Shown: positions 1 to 18,339 of the stretch, piece after piece
How positions within the stretch are numbered: position 1 is the stretch's first letter
Layout of the letters: every line of letters begins with the position of its first letter
Origin: Macrostomum lignano
Taxonomy: Eukaryota
NCBI GenBank assembly: GCA_002269645.1
Contig: NIVC01001785.1
Location: 62,001-126,000 of the forward strand
DNA length: 64,000 nucleotides
Reading direction: 5' to 3'
Position numbers and translations under genes: made by a program
Notes under the pieces: generated by a model
Told to the model about the DNA's origin: nothing
Databases searched by the model: none
What the model saw: only the letters and a program-made list of their open reading frames with translations

Positions 1-970
1 CAGACAGTCAACGTAGCGCCGAGTCCTCGCCTGTCCCCACTGGTAGGGTGCCTGCAACATAAGTAGCAGCACCTCCTGCACCGGCTCCGGACAGTAGGCC
101 TTGGCTCGGATGACGTGGCCTGCCAGCTGGAGTCACCGATGGCGCAGCAGATTGCTAGGACGGGCCAGGCCGGCGCAATGATAGAGCGCCATGTTGGTGA
201 CTCACTCGTTGCTGATCTTGAAGCCGGCGCACAGCAGGCCAGCGTGCGCCGCATCAACTTGAGCCTCGAGCGAGTCTGTCAGCGTCCAGGTCTCGGCGTT
301 GTATAACAGGACAGTCTTGATCACCGCCTGGAACAGCACTGCCCTCTGGCGGTCCGGTAGGGCCTTGGACTGCAGGCATACATGCGCAACAGTCGGCCGA
401 GTCGGCCGATCCGGCCGACCGATTTGGCGGCCAATCAAGGAAGTCGCAAAAATTCCCACCCAAAAAATAACCTGAAGAGTAGTACTAAGTAGCTGACGAG
501 GCATTTTAGCTTAATAAAACAGTCATAGTTACTCCTGCCGTTTACCCAAAGTTGCGTTAATTTTGCTTTTGGGTTTTTTTATATGTAAGTCGCATTTTTG
601 GCCAAAAACTACGTCGCATTTTTGTTAAAACTAAGTCGCACGGCTGACCGAATTTTGGAGGTTGCACATGTATGACTGCAGGACTGACCTTATAGAACGA
701 AAGGCAGCCCAGGCAAGTCCTCGGTGACGCTGCAGATCCTCGCGGATGTCGGAAACCAGACCATCAAGGTAGACGAACTGCTGACATCTTGGAAGCTCAC
801 TCGCCTGTCTGTCAGTGCCTTGGCAGAAGATTGCAGCCTTGGTGTCGTCTGGCACGCATAGCACGACGGTCTTCTGCGTGTTGACCACCAGGCTGATGCT
901 CGCTGCAACAGCAACCAGCCTATCCAGCTGTCGTTGGGCGCCCTCGATGGTCGAGGACAGCAGGTGCTCA
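1..970 (-). mobile_element. Degenerate, 5'-truncated non-LTR retrotransposon (RTE-like) RT C-terminal fragment, split by a MITE
   Basis: Minus-strand translation joined across the insertion reads ..LVVNTQKTVVL..RCQQFVYLDGLV..GLAWAAFRSIRSVLQ|SKALPDRQRAVLFQAVIKTVLLYNAETWTLT..LAGHVIRA..RRYVDCL. This is the typical RT thumb and downstream region of RTE-group LINEs, with stops and frameshifts. Confidence 0.85.
377..674. mobile_element. 298-bp MITE, hAT-like
   Basis: 14-bp TIRs CATACATGCGCAAC (377-390) and GTTGCACATGTATG (661-674), 1 mismatch. 8-bp TSD ACTGCAGG (369-376 and 675-682). Removing it restores the host RT reading frame (RSVLQSKA). Confidence 0.85.
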
Positions 971-2100
971 TACTTTTTTCATTAAATCAGTGCCACACTT
1001 GAATGCTACTTGAAACGCAAGTTGTCTATGGAAAAATTAATTTAAAAAATTGAAAGGGGCTCAAGTGGGAGGGGCTTGAACTGTTTCCCTTTGCTTTAGC
1101 TGAGAAGCTGCTAATATATCTTTTTCTTTTGGACAACATATTCTTTTTTATCATGGCTGGACAACCACCAAGACCCTCGTGGTCATGGATAATTCTGCCA
1201 AATGAAGTGCTGCCAGCAAATGTCTACTGCAACTAGAGCTAAATGCGAGCAACCTGATGGCTGCCATGGCAATGCTGGAGGAATCATTAGAATGGTTTAA
1301 AACATCAATTTTTATCATTGTTATTGTTTTTTGGTTTCAAACTTTTAAATTTAAATGAAATATAATTTCCCGAATAAAACTGCACTATTATTGCCAAAAA
1401 TCTTTATGCTTTTTAATGCTTATTAATGGATTAATGCTTATTAATGAACTGGTACCCAACAGTCAACACTGATTATAATAAGCCCTACTATTTTTAAACA
1501 AAATTGCATTCAAGCCTGATAAAAGTTCTAACCCGAAAAGCTGAATATTATTTTCAAAATAGTTGAGAGTAAGGGCTAAGGCCTATAGAAAGTAACATTA
1601 ACAATGTGAAATCGCAACATAGGGCCTTATCTAAAATTGGTCAGAAGGACAAGGTCTAATAGAAAATAGATAAATTGAAACTACTTTTAAACTACAATGA
1701 AACTAGGCAGAAAGATAGGCCTAGACAAATTACAATATTAAAATCAATAGAACACCGATTTTCCTATTGTTTTAAAAAAATAATAACTATTAAAGCGTAA
1801 ATTTAATCAAATTAATCAATTTATAGGAAAGAGGCCCAACAATTCAACGGGCCGTTTCATATTGCTTAAATTCTGGTTCCAGAACCAGAACCAATTTGTG
1901 AAGTATAACTTTTTGTCTCCATAACTAGACGGAGATACGTGCTATAAAGTTTTTATTATTGAATGACAATCGCCAAGAAGAAAGTGAAAAATTGTGCTAA
2001 GTTAGGTTGTTAAGGCAGTCAAATATTAACAGAGTTTAATAGTTATACTGCTGTTTTTCTTGGAATTCCGAACCGATTCTGGTTCTGGAATTGGTAATAT

Positions 2101-2811
2101 TGTGGTAGGGCGCACTACCACGTTTGGAACAGGTGACCTCACCGTAATGACTCTCGCGTTCTGCGTCACTCGATGCGCCGTCCCATGTCCCATCCCTCGC
2201 CCCATCTTTTGCCGTCGCGCGTAATTTTTTTGTTATTCTCATTCCCGGCTTTGTTGTCGTCCGATGCCCCATCCTTCGTCCCATCTCCTGCCCCATCCTT
2301 CGCCTTCCTGCCCCATCTGCTGCCCCATCCCCGTCCGGACGACATCGCCCCCACTATTTATTAAGGCCATTTCGGGCCGCAAGTTTTCATTCCTTTCCCC
2401 TGCCTCCTTACTTGTTCGTTTGTCCGTTTTCCGTTTCCGTTCCGCTTCGTGTACCCTCGTGTACTCGTCTGTTTAGTGTTTAGTTTCTTTTGTGCTCAAA
2501 GTTAAATTAGTACTTATTTAGTCTCGATCTACTATTCTACTAGTTTGTTTAGTTAGTCGTTCGCACCCGGCACCGGCCGAGGATCAATCGTCTGAATTCA
2601 ACTTTATTTTGCCAATTTACGCCTGCTAATACAACATCAATAAATAATATTAATTAACTAATAATAAATCTGTCCCGTTAACGAAGCCCATAATAGTTTA
2701 TCTTGAGTTATTTGCCCGTGGGGCGTTAAACAACCGAATCGATCTCAACTCTAAGCGAGCTCTGAGATCCCAACGTTCCGTAATACGGATTAAATTACGG
2801 TGGTGGCAGCG
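2101..2811 (+). mobile_element. Probable LTR of an LTR retrotransposon followed by a tRNA-Leu primer-binding site
   Basis: Starts TGTGGTAG (2101), has AATAAA motifs at about 2637-2670 and ends ..ATTACG. It is followed by TGGTGGCAGCG (2801-2811), complementary to the 3' end of eukaryotic tRNA-Leu (..CGCUGCCACCA). No partner LTR or gag/pol was recognised. Confidence 0.4.
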
Positions 2812-2987
2812 CTACTCTACTGACAGTAATCAGTACGACAATTCAAAAGCAGATTTACGGTGTCTAGATCAATTGAGTCTACGGATCTGAACGACCGGGC
2901 CGCTATACGACCGCACCGCTACGATTACAACTACCCTCCCCCCGGACTTGAGGACCCGGCAGTCGGAGTATTTGGAGAAAACTTCGT

Positions 2988-4190
2988 TTGAGTTTCGTCT
3001 GCGCGACTTTTCCGGATTTAACTCGTGCGAACTCAACATCGGCGGAAATTCAAACGCGGAATCCGCCCAACTCAATTACGACTATGGAAAATTACTGCAA
3101 GCAAAATTACTTGAAAGTAAATGCAAGCAAAACAAAGTTTATGCAGGGCAATACCAGACAAAAAAACGACACAGAAAGCATTGCTACAAAAATATACTAC
3201 GACAACCAAGAAATAGAGGAAGTAAATGAATTTAAATACCTGGGAATTATTTTTGAACCAAAAAACAGCTTTAAAAAATGTATTGAACATCAAACTAAGC
3301 AGGGATATACAGCCATGTTTTCCCTACTCCATAGGGTAAAGAATACGTCCCTAGACATCACACTCATTCGCAGACTATTCGACGCGCTTGTTACCCCCGT
3401 TATCACTTACGGTTGTGAGCTCTGGGGCCCTCTGGCTACCATGTCTGATACAAAAGCTATTGATAATATTCAGCTGAAATTCTACAAATATCTCCTCAAT
3501 CTACCAAAATTTGCTAGCAACAGTGTGATATCATCAGAACTTGAGCTTACTCCAATCTCTCAACGAATCGCTAAAACCTACCTCATCTACTGGCTGAAGA
3601 TTAGACACAAAAAACTCTGCCAAACGACTCTAGAAATTTTCTACTCAAACACCGGCCAAAAAAATCCATGGAAAATGAATGTACTAAAGAAACTAGAAAG
3701 TATAGACCTAAAAGCACTAACTGAAGATAAACTTTCCCAAAGCTTTAATAACGAGAAATACCTAGTGAAAAAGCACCTCAAGATACACAGAGAAAGAGAA
3801 CTTAGCCAAAAGCTAGAGAATCAGCAACATATTAAACTCTACAAAAACGCCTATCTCTACAAAAAAATCTGCAGGCCCGACCTTTCAGATTTCTTTCCAT
3901 GTACATTTAGAAACAAGAAATTCTTAACAACCCTCCTAAAACTGAAATGCGAGATTACACCCAACTTTTTTTCTCAAGAACCATGTAAAATGTGTGGAGC
4001 GCGAAATGGTTCTGACATTCTACACTACTTGACCGAATGTCCACAAACTGAAGAGATCAGGAAAAAATACTTCTGTCAATACCTCTTAAATAGCAATCAA
4101 ATACACAAGATAGGATATGCTACAAATGAAAAAAGAGTCAGAAAAGAACTCACTGGTGTAGCTAAAATATATAAAGTCATGAATAGCTAA
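2988..4190 (+). mobile_element. 5'-truncated non-LTR retrotransposon ORF: RT thumb plus C-terminal Cys/His zinc-finger (RTE-X/CR1-L2-like; clade uncertain)
   Basis: 400-aa ORF with LKVNASKTKFM, EEVNEFKYLGIIF, LFDALVTPVITYGCELWG and C-terminal CKMC..HYLTEC. Homology begins near 3065; no YADD or endonuclease domain upstream. Confidence 0.85.
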
Positions 4191-4610
4191 AACAGTTAAA
4201 CAAACTGAATCAGATACATCAGCAGTGTAACAAATCCGCTTTTCAGTTGTTTATTCATTTACTGTCTTTTTTAATTTCCTATAATTAAATCGTCGTTATT
4301 CGTTAAACGTAAAGTTCTTTCGAAGTATTGTTTATGTTCGTTTTTCACGCTTTGAAATATCACGCGCATTCAAAAATACTACATCTTTTTTTACAAACTC
4401 GCTTACCAAAGTAATCTCGCAATTAAAGCTATACCTCGTAATTTGTACTCATTTTTGTATTAGTATTTATACTCGTTGTTAGTTGTTAGTCGTCACTTTT
4501 CGTCCAAAAATACCGTAAAAATTCTGGCGCGCTTTCAAATACTTTATCTTTTACAATAACAACAATGACCACACAACTTACTCATCTCTTGGGAGCGTGA
4601 ACTCTTCAAA

Positions 4611-4980
4611 AAAATAGAAAACCACGCGAAAGTCATGCATTACAAAAATTGCTTCATCTATAAGAATATTTTCAAGCCTAACTTAAAAACTACTTTCCCA
4701 GTATTTTTAGAAATAAAAAACTCCTAGAAATTCTGCTTAAGCTTAAAACTGAGTTCTTACCAAGCAAATACACCCAAGAAAAATGCAAACTTTGTGGCAG
4801 AGATTCAGGCAATAATATCTTACACTATACAACTGAATGTGTCGGTATACTAGATGTCAGGAAAAAATACTTTAACCAAAGCCACCTGAGCACAAGACAC
4901 TTTTACAGTTTAGGCTATGCTACAAACGAAAACAAAAATAAAAAGATTTGCTAGCTATTGAGAAGATCTATAAACTCATA
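4611..4980 (+). mobile_element. Second, diverged 3'-end fragment of the same LINE family
   Basis: With one frameshift it translates as ..YKNCFIYKNIFKPNLK/YFPSIFRNKKLLEILLKLK..CKLCGRDSGNNILHYTTEC..RKKYF..GYATNE. This is colinear with the C-terminus of ORF 2988-4190 (YKNAYLYKK..FRNKKFL..CKMC..ILHYLTEC..RKKYF..GYATNE). Confidence 0.8.
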
Positions 4981-7900
4981 GCAAATCTCCCTCCTTAACC
5001 GACATGAAAATTATAGAGAACACCATGTGTACCACGCTGTTGCTGACCGTCTTACACCAATTGAATCCCTGGTTACCTTGATACTTTACTTGCTATTCCC
5101 TCTTGCTACTATGCATCTCTTGCTATTAAGTCCATACCCCTCTTCGAGTAAACAATACCGGTGCAATCTATCCCGTATTACGCGTTTATTTATGTAAAAA
5201 TTTTCTTTTTCTAATCGCGCCTTATTTTTATTTAAGCACTCTATTTTTGGTTATTTCTTTCTTACATATTTGCTTCAAAAATACCCTTCATATTTAATGT
5301 TAGCAATCCTTTCATCTGATTTTTTTGTCTGATTAATACATATAAACTTATTTTTATCACCTACGAATTCAAGTGACACCATACTTGTCTTTTAATTTCT
5401 TACTTAAATACTTTTTGCTTTGTTTGCCGTTAAAGATTTTTGAAGTTTCGTAGAAAAAAAAAATTGGCGCCCTTTCAAATACTATATTATTGTAAAACTC
5501 GGGGTCATTCTCAAAGCTAGGTCACAACTTTTTGTTATTGCAAAAAAAGTTTATACATTGACCAATAATCGTACAAAAAAAATTCTTTCGACAATTTCTG
5601 TAAGAAGCTGCTACTAAAACCACAAGAAAACTTGAAATTGACAAGAAATCAAGGCTATTTGTTATTCTTTGTTGCAGAAAATAAATGACAAAAATATTAA
5701 AGAGGAAATAAAATTGTCTTTTATTTTTATTTTAAATATGCAGTTAAATTTCTTTTGCAAAAATAAAAGAACAAGAAATTGACAAAGGAAATGTTTTTGA
5801 GCACAGCATTTTGTTACTCTGCTCTAAATCCCAGATATTTAAAATTATTGTGTGCAAAATTATTATAGCATGCACTTGAAGAACTTCGATCAGTTTAACT
5901 AATCACTGAATTAAGAAGTCTAAATAAGTCTTGAAAGGTTGAATTAAAAATCAAGTTTTCACTATGTATCTTTTTAAAGGCAAGATGATTCGACAAATAA
6001 AGAATGTTCATTTTTACCTTGAATAGAATTGTTCATTTTTACATTAAATATAATAAAATCTAACTAATAATAGAAAAAGTCAGGGAACTATTTTTGAACA
6101 CCAAAAAGCACATTGTGGATTTAATATCGACTGCATGTTCCTTAATAAAGGAATTTGGATACTAGTATATATTTAATTATTTGTAGCATAATTTCTGAAA
6201 ACTATAACTTGTTCGATTTTACTTTAAGTACTTATTACATTAATACTTATACCAAAGCTACATGTAATTAAAATAAAAATTATAGTTACTTATTAGACAT
6301 TTTACTCCAATTAACTTAAAATAATTCAAATTTATTTTAATTAATTCATTTTTTGAAACTTTTTGGAAAATAGACAAAATTGAGTTATTTAATTACTAAA
6401 AACCTGCTAGCTTAACTAAAATAGCAATTAGTCTTTAAGAAAAGATTTCACTTGTTAATTGAGAAAAATGAGGATATGCAAGATGTAAAAATGCGAAAGA
6501 GCATGCAGGAAACAGAGACAAACAAAATGTAGGTAAAAGACACTGCACATGCACATAATTTGATAACCAGACATAATGCGCACACTGAAACACCAGTAGC
6601 AATGACGCCCAAGCTTTTGATGATCACAAGCGAAAAGGCAAAACCTAGCCATCAATCAAAGAAGTAGACTATAGCACTCATCTTGAGTGTATCACACATT
6701 TTTTGCAGAGAAGCTCAAAAATTAACATTGTATTCTGTACACAACCACCAACTGCGACAGGGTCTGCCGGGGGATTTGTGGGCACGCGATCGCGAATACA
6801 AATCGGAGGAGTCGCTGACCATTCTGAAATTACTAGCTAGTACATGTAATTTTGTGTGTTAATATATTTAGCCCGCTTTATTTCTATGCTCTCGTCCGCC
6901 TCTCGTTAATGCATCCCCAGACTTATGCAATAATCAAACTTATGATCAAACTATGCATGGCTTCCGTCCCTCGCTTTAAATCTCTCACCTCCCCATAGTT
7001 CTATCAACCTTACCTTAGTGACTTCCTATGCAAAAATCATCCCTCCGCATCTTACATAGGCTACTTCAGGCTGTAGACTGTACTACACTATTAATTAGTT
7101 GCGCTAAGGAATCTACAAGTATTTTGCTCGCAGCGCAGCGTGCTGCTCAAAGAAGTTTAGATCTATCTAGATATTCTAGTAATTTCAGGTTTGTCCATAG
7201 ACTAGAGCTCATGAGATGAGAATTCCATTAACTAGTACATTTAATATGAATGAACTGTGTGTGTGTGTGTGCTGTTCATACATATGTATAATATACGAGT
7301 AGTTTATGGGCCAAATTATTGTGTGGCACAATTCTTGGTATCACTCAGCAGGCACAAGATGCAGTTAAGGAGCGCACAAAAATTCTACAAAAGAAATTCA
7401 GCCTGGTTGAGGTGATGCGAGGAGGCAGATCCACACAATCTCAGTGAATACACCAGACTGCACCAGATACGAGTCCAGTCAAATGTGTGCACTGGTCTAA
7501 GCAGCACACGCATGTCCTCCTGACAATGACGGCACCTAGCTTCGTCCAAGCCTTTGCCAGTGTCACTGACAGCGTCAATACTACCATGCAGTGCTACCTG
7601 CAGCACCAACAATGGCAATTCCTCCAGTTAGCCCACAACAGTGGCTAAACCGAGGGACAGGGAACCTACCCACAGAAGACACACACATACACACACAGCA
7701 CCGGCAGCAGCACTCTGACAGCATAACCTAAAGCTCCATGAGCTCAGTTTTCAAGCATTGAAGAAGCAGAAGCAGTCATCTTGGATCCAGGGATCAGGAA
7801 GAGTGTTGCATGTCCGACATGTGCTGTTTCCGTGGCAAAAGGTGATGGAGCAAATTAATCAACACTTACTATCCAGCTCGTATTAAGACTAAAAAACTGA

Positions 7901-9276
7901 GGCAAGCTGGGATTAAACCAAAGAAATTTTTTTACTATACTTTTTTACCATATACTTTTACTATACTTTTATAGTATAGTAGAGAAGTACTCTATTTAAA
8001 TGCAGTAAGAAGTGAAACAAATTTATATATTTAATTATTAAATTAAATTAATTCAAGGTAAATAACTAATTTAACCAATTTATTAGGAGTATTTAATATT
8101 ATAATAAATTGATTTTTATACCTTACATGAAATAAGCTCTACATTCATTTCTTAGCTTGGGGCCCATCTGTATAAGGTCAGTTTCTTCAAAATGCTGATT
8201 AATTAATTAAGGCCTGTTGTCTTTACTTAAATTTATAAGGGCATCTTAGAAGTTAATATTACTATATAATACATGTATAATATTATTACTATATTACAAT
8301 AATATAGGTGCAATTTTAATGACTATTGAATAAGTCTAAATGCTTCCCCTATTGACTCTAAATATATGGTATCTTTCCCTTCAGAAAAAATTAGCATAGA
8401 ATGACTTGATTAAAACAAAAAAAAATTATTTTGAGATACACATTGCTGATCATTCAGGTCAATTTTCAAGGTCCAGTTCTGCACATGTTTCTCTGTAGCT
8501 TGGTTACAAGGATTTTAATAAAAAATATAATAAATATGTCCAATGAACTAACTGATACATAGCCAAATTGAAGTATTTTCAAAAACAAAAAAAACATTTG
8601 CTCAGTTTACTTTACTGGATATCTGTGTAAAATTTCAGCTCAAAAGGTGCTCCATGGAGAATGCTAATATGGTTACAGGATATGTATTTTGTGCTTCAAA
8701 GTAGGAATTTATTGCGATGCATGGTTGCTTTTAATTATTTTTATCAACAATAGTGCTCTATTTCATAACAATTTTTTACAAAAAGATAAAAAGACATGTT
8801 TTTCTAATTATCTGCATCAAAATGTATCATTTTAAGCGCATATTCTAGACATCAGCTGAAAAATACATTTTGTGAGACGCAAAGAGGCTATCCCACTGGG
8901 AATGCTAGGCGTACAGTTAAGCGTCTATAAAATCATTTATAGTGCAATTTATTGAGCTTTAAAAAATCTTAAATTAAATTTATATAAGCTTTCATTTTAA
9001 ATGTAATATAGCAAGGTTTCAACACAACAACAACTTTTTTTAGCTATAGACATCTTGTAGTATCAAAAATTAACATTGGTGAAATGATTGAATTTGAATT
9101 TTTTCATCGCTAATTATTGCTTAATACTGCCAGATGATTAAAAACACTTTTGCATGATAAAGTTCAACCCAAAAATTATCTTTATTCACAGATAAAAGTG
9201 TCCTATTATTTTCAATATGGCAGTAACAATAGTAAATGTTTGGAAAATTTTTGCTCCTCCTAGAATTTGCAAACGA

Positions 9277-10040
9277 CCCTCCTATGCACCAATCAGCACT
9301 GCACCTCAGTGCAGCCTTTGCCAAGTCTCCAAATTTCATCAGCACATGGACCACATGTGTCTGCATTAGTTCTGACTTCATTGGTCACTAGCCTTCACCC
9401 AGGTAGAGCTTCTGGACCTTCAGTAGCTATGGTACCATGTGACTATGGACACTGATGTGTATTTCTCTAGTTTTGCCAATCAAGCCTCAACAGTAGGCAA
9501 AAATCAACTGCTAGACATCCTCAGCTAGTCAGTCAAGCATTCCGTCATCATCCCGATGTTGTCGGCTCCTTCAACAGATTACACTAGGTGACTATGGATA
9601 GTCTGATAAGAATTTCTCTAGTTTCACTGATCAAGCCTTGACAGTAGGCAAAAATCAACTGCTGGACATCCTCAGCTAGTCAGTCAAGCATTCAGCCATT
9701 ATCCCAATGCTGTTGGCACCTTCAACAGGTAGCACCAGGTGACTATAGACATCCTATTGCAAATATATCAGGTTTTTCTTATCAAGCTTCAATAATGGGC
9801 AAATCTCAACTGCCAGACATTCTTAGCTAGTCTCTCAAGCTTTCAGTCATCACCCCAACGCTGTTGGCACCTTCAAAAGGTGGCACTAGGTGACTATGAA
9901 GATCCTGTTGCAAATATGTCAGGTTTTTCTTATCAAGCTTTAATAATGGGCAAACCTCAACAGCCAGACATTCTCAGCTAGTCTCTCAAGCCTTCAGTCA
10001 TCACCCCAACACTGTTGGCACCTTCAACAGGTGGTACCAG
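9277..10040 (+). repeat. Dispersed repeat whose 3' part is amplified as about 4 diverged tandem units of about 150 bp
   Basis: Motif GTGACTATGG recurs at 9439, 9588, 9739 and ~9890; TTCAA at 9570, 9721, 9872 and 10023 (151-bp period). Homologous to 12995-13290 in the opposite orientation. Confidence 0.8.
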
Positions 10041-12322
10041 ATGAGTAAGGACACCTGAGCATGATTTTTCATTATCCTCTTAACATTTTGAAGCTCTAAA
10101 TTTTTTTAAGCATGGACATTGCTATAGTTAAGCTTGAACTCATGTTGCTATATATTTATATTTGTGAAGTGCTTTTAAATTTGTGCCAAAAACTAAGCAA
10201 ACAATTTGAAATATTTTTGCGAACTAATTTTTGTTTAAAACTACTGAAAATTTTAGTATATATAGATGCAATCTGAGCCGAGAGGAGAGCAACTTGCCTT
10301 TGTGCAGTTCCTATAAAAGAAGTGAGTGTAATAGGAAAGGAGTATTCCAAATAAATATAAGAGAAGCCATTTTATGAGTTATTCATTTGTAATAAGAGTG
10401 AAGTAGATCAAAGCATATACAGAAGTGGAAGTATCAAGAAGATACAAAGTAGATCCGAAATCAATACATAACTGGAGGCTGTGACCTTCTGATCTTGGTA
10501 ATGCCCAATGACTTGCAAAATACATGAAATACATATACCAGTAAGCCAAAATACCACTCAGGCCAATTTATTAAGTAGAACGCTACCAGAATAACAGAGG
10601 AGTAAAATCTTTCAGGGCTAACAGTTTTCTAAGACTAATACTCAGACTAAGTACTCAGACTAAATACTCAGACTAAATACTCAGATTAAATATGCAGACT
10701 AATTACTCAGACCTATTCTAAGAAACATTTCTCAGATTATTCTAAGATTGATAAACTCATAATTTATTAATGGAATAATCTTGGTGGCAGCTACCAAAAT
10801 TAGGACATTTACAAAGACAAGTTTTGCCCTTGGACAACTATGGTGTCAGCAGTTGAGATTTAAATAAAGAGGAAAATAACCACTGTTACAACTTGGTGGC
10901 ATTAGTGGAATATCTAAAGAGGGAAGCAAACCCCTGTTACATATTATTATTATTAATATTATATTTGCAATAGGATTTTCATAGTTTCAGCATTTTCCAA
11001 ATGTTGAGACTTGAGTTGACTCCACTTATATACTAACTTTTTGATTATTATGAATAAAATTTGCAATAAGATAGCAAATGCATTATCATTATTGGATGGA
11101 AGTAGGGCTAGGGTTCATAAAAATGCTTACAGTAGCCATCTGATCACGATCATATTCAACTGCAAACTATACTCTGTCTTTTGATTCACTAACTAGTGAA
11201 TAGTTTCATATAATTTCATAGTTTTAACTAGATTTTAGAATATAAAGATTAGCAAAAATATAGTCTAAATAGTTAGATATGCTAATACTATTTTTTCTAC
11301 TACTGTCCAACATTTCCTTTTTGGCCATAGACATTCTTAAGTATTAGTGCCATTGCCATATCAGACAATGTTTACTGTTTTAAACTATAAAAGAGTTTAA
11401 CAAACAATTTAAAAATAATGCCTAATTTTCAATAGTAATCTCAACCACTGTTTGCTATAGCCAAGCCCTCCAATAGTTAGGCACTAGTGCTTTGGTTAAA
11501 GGATAGCAAAAATAAACTATTAATGGTACTAATACTTGATACCACCTTGACCAATCTATCAGTCAGGTGCTAATCACTTTTAATAGTTGAAGATTACAGC
11601 AATGCTTCTTATTTGAGTGGCAATTAATATGTATATTCAACAGGCTATTGTTTGATAAAAGGAATGCATTGTAGAGCACCTTGTCTAAGAGTAGCACAAA
11701 GAATAATGGTACTAATGTGTTACCTTCTGGAATTCCTAATAAAGTTTCAACTAGGTTAGATAGCCTATCTACTATCATAATAATGATATGCATATTGTAA
11801 TATAGCAACCTGACTAATAGCATCATCTAGTTGCAAGCCCTTAGGTTAGGGATAGCATTATTTATCAATCTAAAAACGCAAATCAATGCACTTAATAGTT
11901 ATTTTATACTTTTAATGACATTTCTTTTTAACATAGCCTGTTATTCTAGGTGCTTATTTATTCAATTAACAGTCAAATCTAGCATTTTGCCATTCATATT
12001 TCTGGTTTTATTAATCAGAAATTCTGCTGCAGTCTTCAATCTTATTTATTGTATTAATAATCAGAATGTATGGCAAAAGCACTTTATTTTTTCCATGCTA
12101 GTTTTTCTATATTCATTGTTTAAAAATCTTGGAAGTAACTCAACATATGTTAGGGCAGTAATTGCATTTTTTGTCATGGAGTTTAATTTTTTAGTATGCA
12201 GCTATGTTTTCAATGATAATAATTTAAATGAAATTAGTATTTGTTTTTTTGTTTTAATAAAAATTACTCAAACATTTTTTGTTAACACTTCTGCAGTTCA
12301 CCCTGCGACAATAACTTTTTAA

Positions 12323-16773
<4,451 letters not shown>

Positions 16774-17349
16774 TTTTTGGCTCAATTTTTTTGTTTAAAA
16801 ATAGATATTGGAGTAAAAGTATTAATTTGAGTAGCTGTTCGATAAGCGTGCTGCGTTCTGTTTGCAGCTAACCTAGTAAAGCCTGGTACAGTATAGATTC
16901 TTAATAGTGTGATACGCCAGAAACTAATTTAACTAGCATATTCCAGATTTTCAGTACCCACACGCTATATTCTGGCTAGATTTTTCTTGAATTGAGTCAA
17001 GAATCATAAAACCACATTACATGTAAAGCTATGGGACTTTTTTCAAAGCTTGATCAAACTATTAGGCTGCTTAATTATTTTTCCCTAATTTGTGCTCTTC
17101 CACTCCGTGGTTGCCTATAGATTATTGCTCACACGTTGTGAAGAAACTCTTGCTTTCCAAACGCCTCTGTTGCTTGCAGTGTCAAACATGTGTCAAGAAA
17201 ACATGTGCCTGTTGATTGAGCAATGGCATTACTGTACCATCTTAGTGAACAGATACAGACAGACAACCGTCTTCAATCGGTTTTAAAAACTTCTAAAGTT
17301 TTTGCAGTTATAACAAAACGAAATCACAGTGAAGCACGCGCCACGCCAT

Positions 17350-17650
17350 TGCTCCCGCACCCCATTGCACCCACCACCCCATTGCACCCACCACCCCATT
17401 GCACCCACCACCCCATTGCACCCACCACCCCATTGCACCCACCACCCCATTGCACCCACCACCCCATTGCACACATCACCCCATTGCACCCACCACCCCA
17501 TTGCACCCACCACCCCATTGCACCCACCACCCCATTGCACCCACCACCCCATTGCACACATCACCCCATTGCACCCACCACCCCATTGCACCCACCACCC
17601 CATTGCACACACCACCCCATTGAACACATCACCCCATTGCACCCACCACT
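17350..17650. repeat. 18-bp minisatellite CCATTGCACCCACCACCC
   Basis: About 16 tandem copies; G-rich on the minus strand. Confidence 0.95.
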
Positions 17651-18339
17651 AACTGCACATACCAACCTATTGGTCCACCAGCCTATTTGACCCACGACCC
17701 TTAGTGTTCTCATTTCTATTGTAAAAATTACTGTATAATAAATTCTTCAAGTAAAAGTACAATTTAGCAAATCTGCAGACCAACTGCACGAGGCAGTTGC
17801 CATTGTAGTAGAATTTCTTGCACCAATATTGTCAATATGTCATTGTAGATCTTTAGGTACCGTTTTATTTGACAGGATTGTTAAAATTAAAGGATCCACC
17901 AAGACACAGATTCCTAAAAGATTGTACGTATCTAATCTATGCGATATCACTAACAAATCGCATATTATGGTTTTCTAATCCGACTTTTGCACATTTATGT
18001 TTATGATTTTCCTGTTTACTGTTTCCTGTTCCCCCTGTTACCGTCTCTGATAAGGAATTTACTTTTTGTTGAACTTTGTGTAATTGATGGATTGATGTAT
18101 GATGCTACCATAAGTAGTATAGTGAACAAGCGATGACCACTGTTGATTCATTTTTTAATAATATAAATATTGTTTTATTCGGTGTATATATAAGTACGCG
18201 TTTTGTTTTTCTATCCCAAATAATTTTTTTCAATAGCTCTGTTTTCGTTTATTTAATTTTGCAACTTCAACTGCACCGAAATGCCTATTTAATTGCTTCA
18301 GTGAGATTTAGATGTCTGTCTGTCTGTACTTCACTCGCT

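Noticed and set aside
7385-7618. 77-aa ORF with RCRHC as a retroelement zinc finger
   Set aside because: Only one CxxC and no supporting flanking motifs; cannot be assigned without a database search.
10775-10905. Additional LTR PBS motifs (TGGTGGCAGC, TGGTGTCAGCAG, GTTACAACTTGGTGGCA)
   Set aside because: Short partial matches with no definable LTR or coding region.
11831-12322. 163-aa hydrophobic ORF immediately upstream of CYLD
   Set aside because: AT-rich F/L/I-biased chance ORF with a TTG start and no motif.
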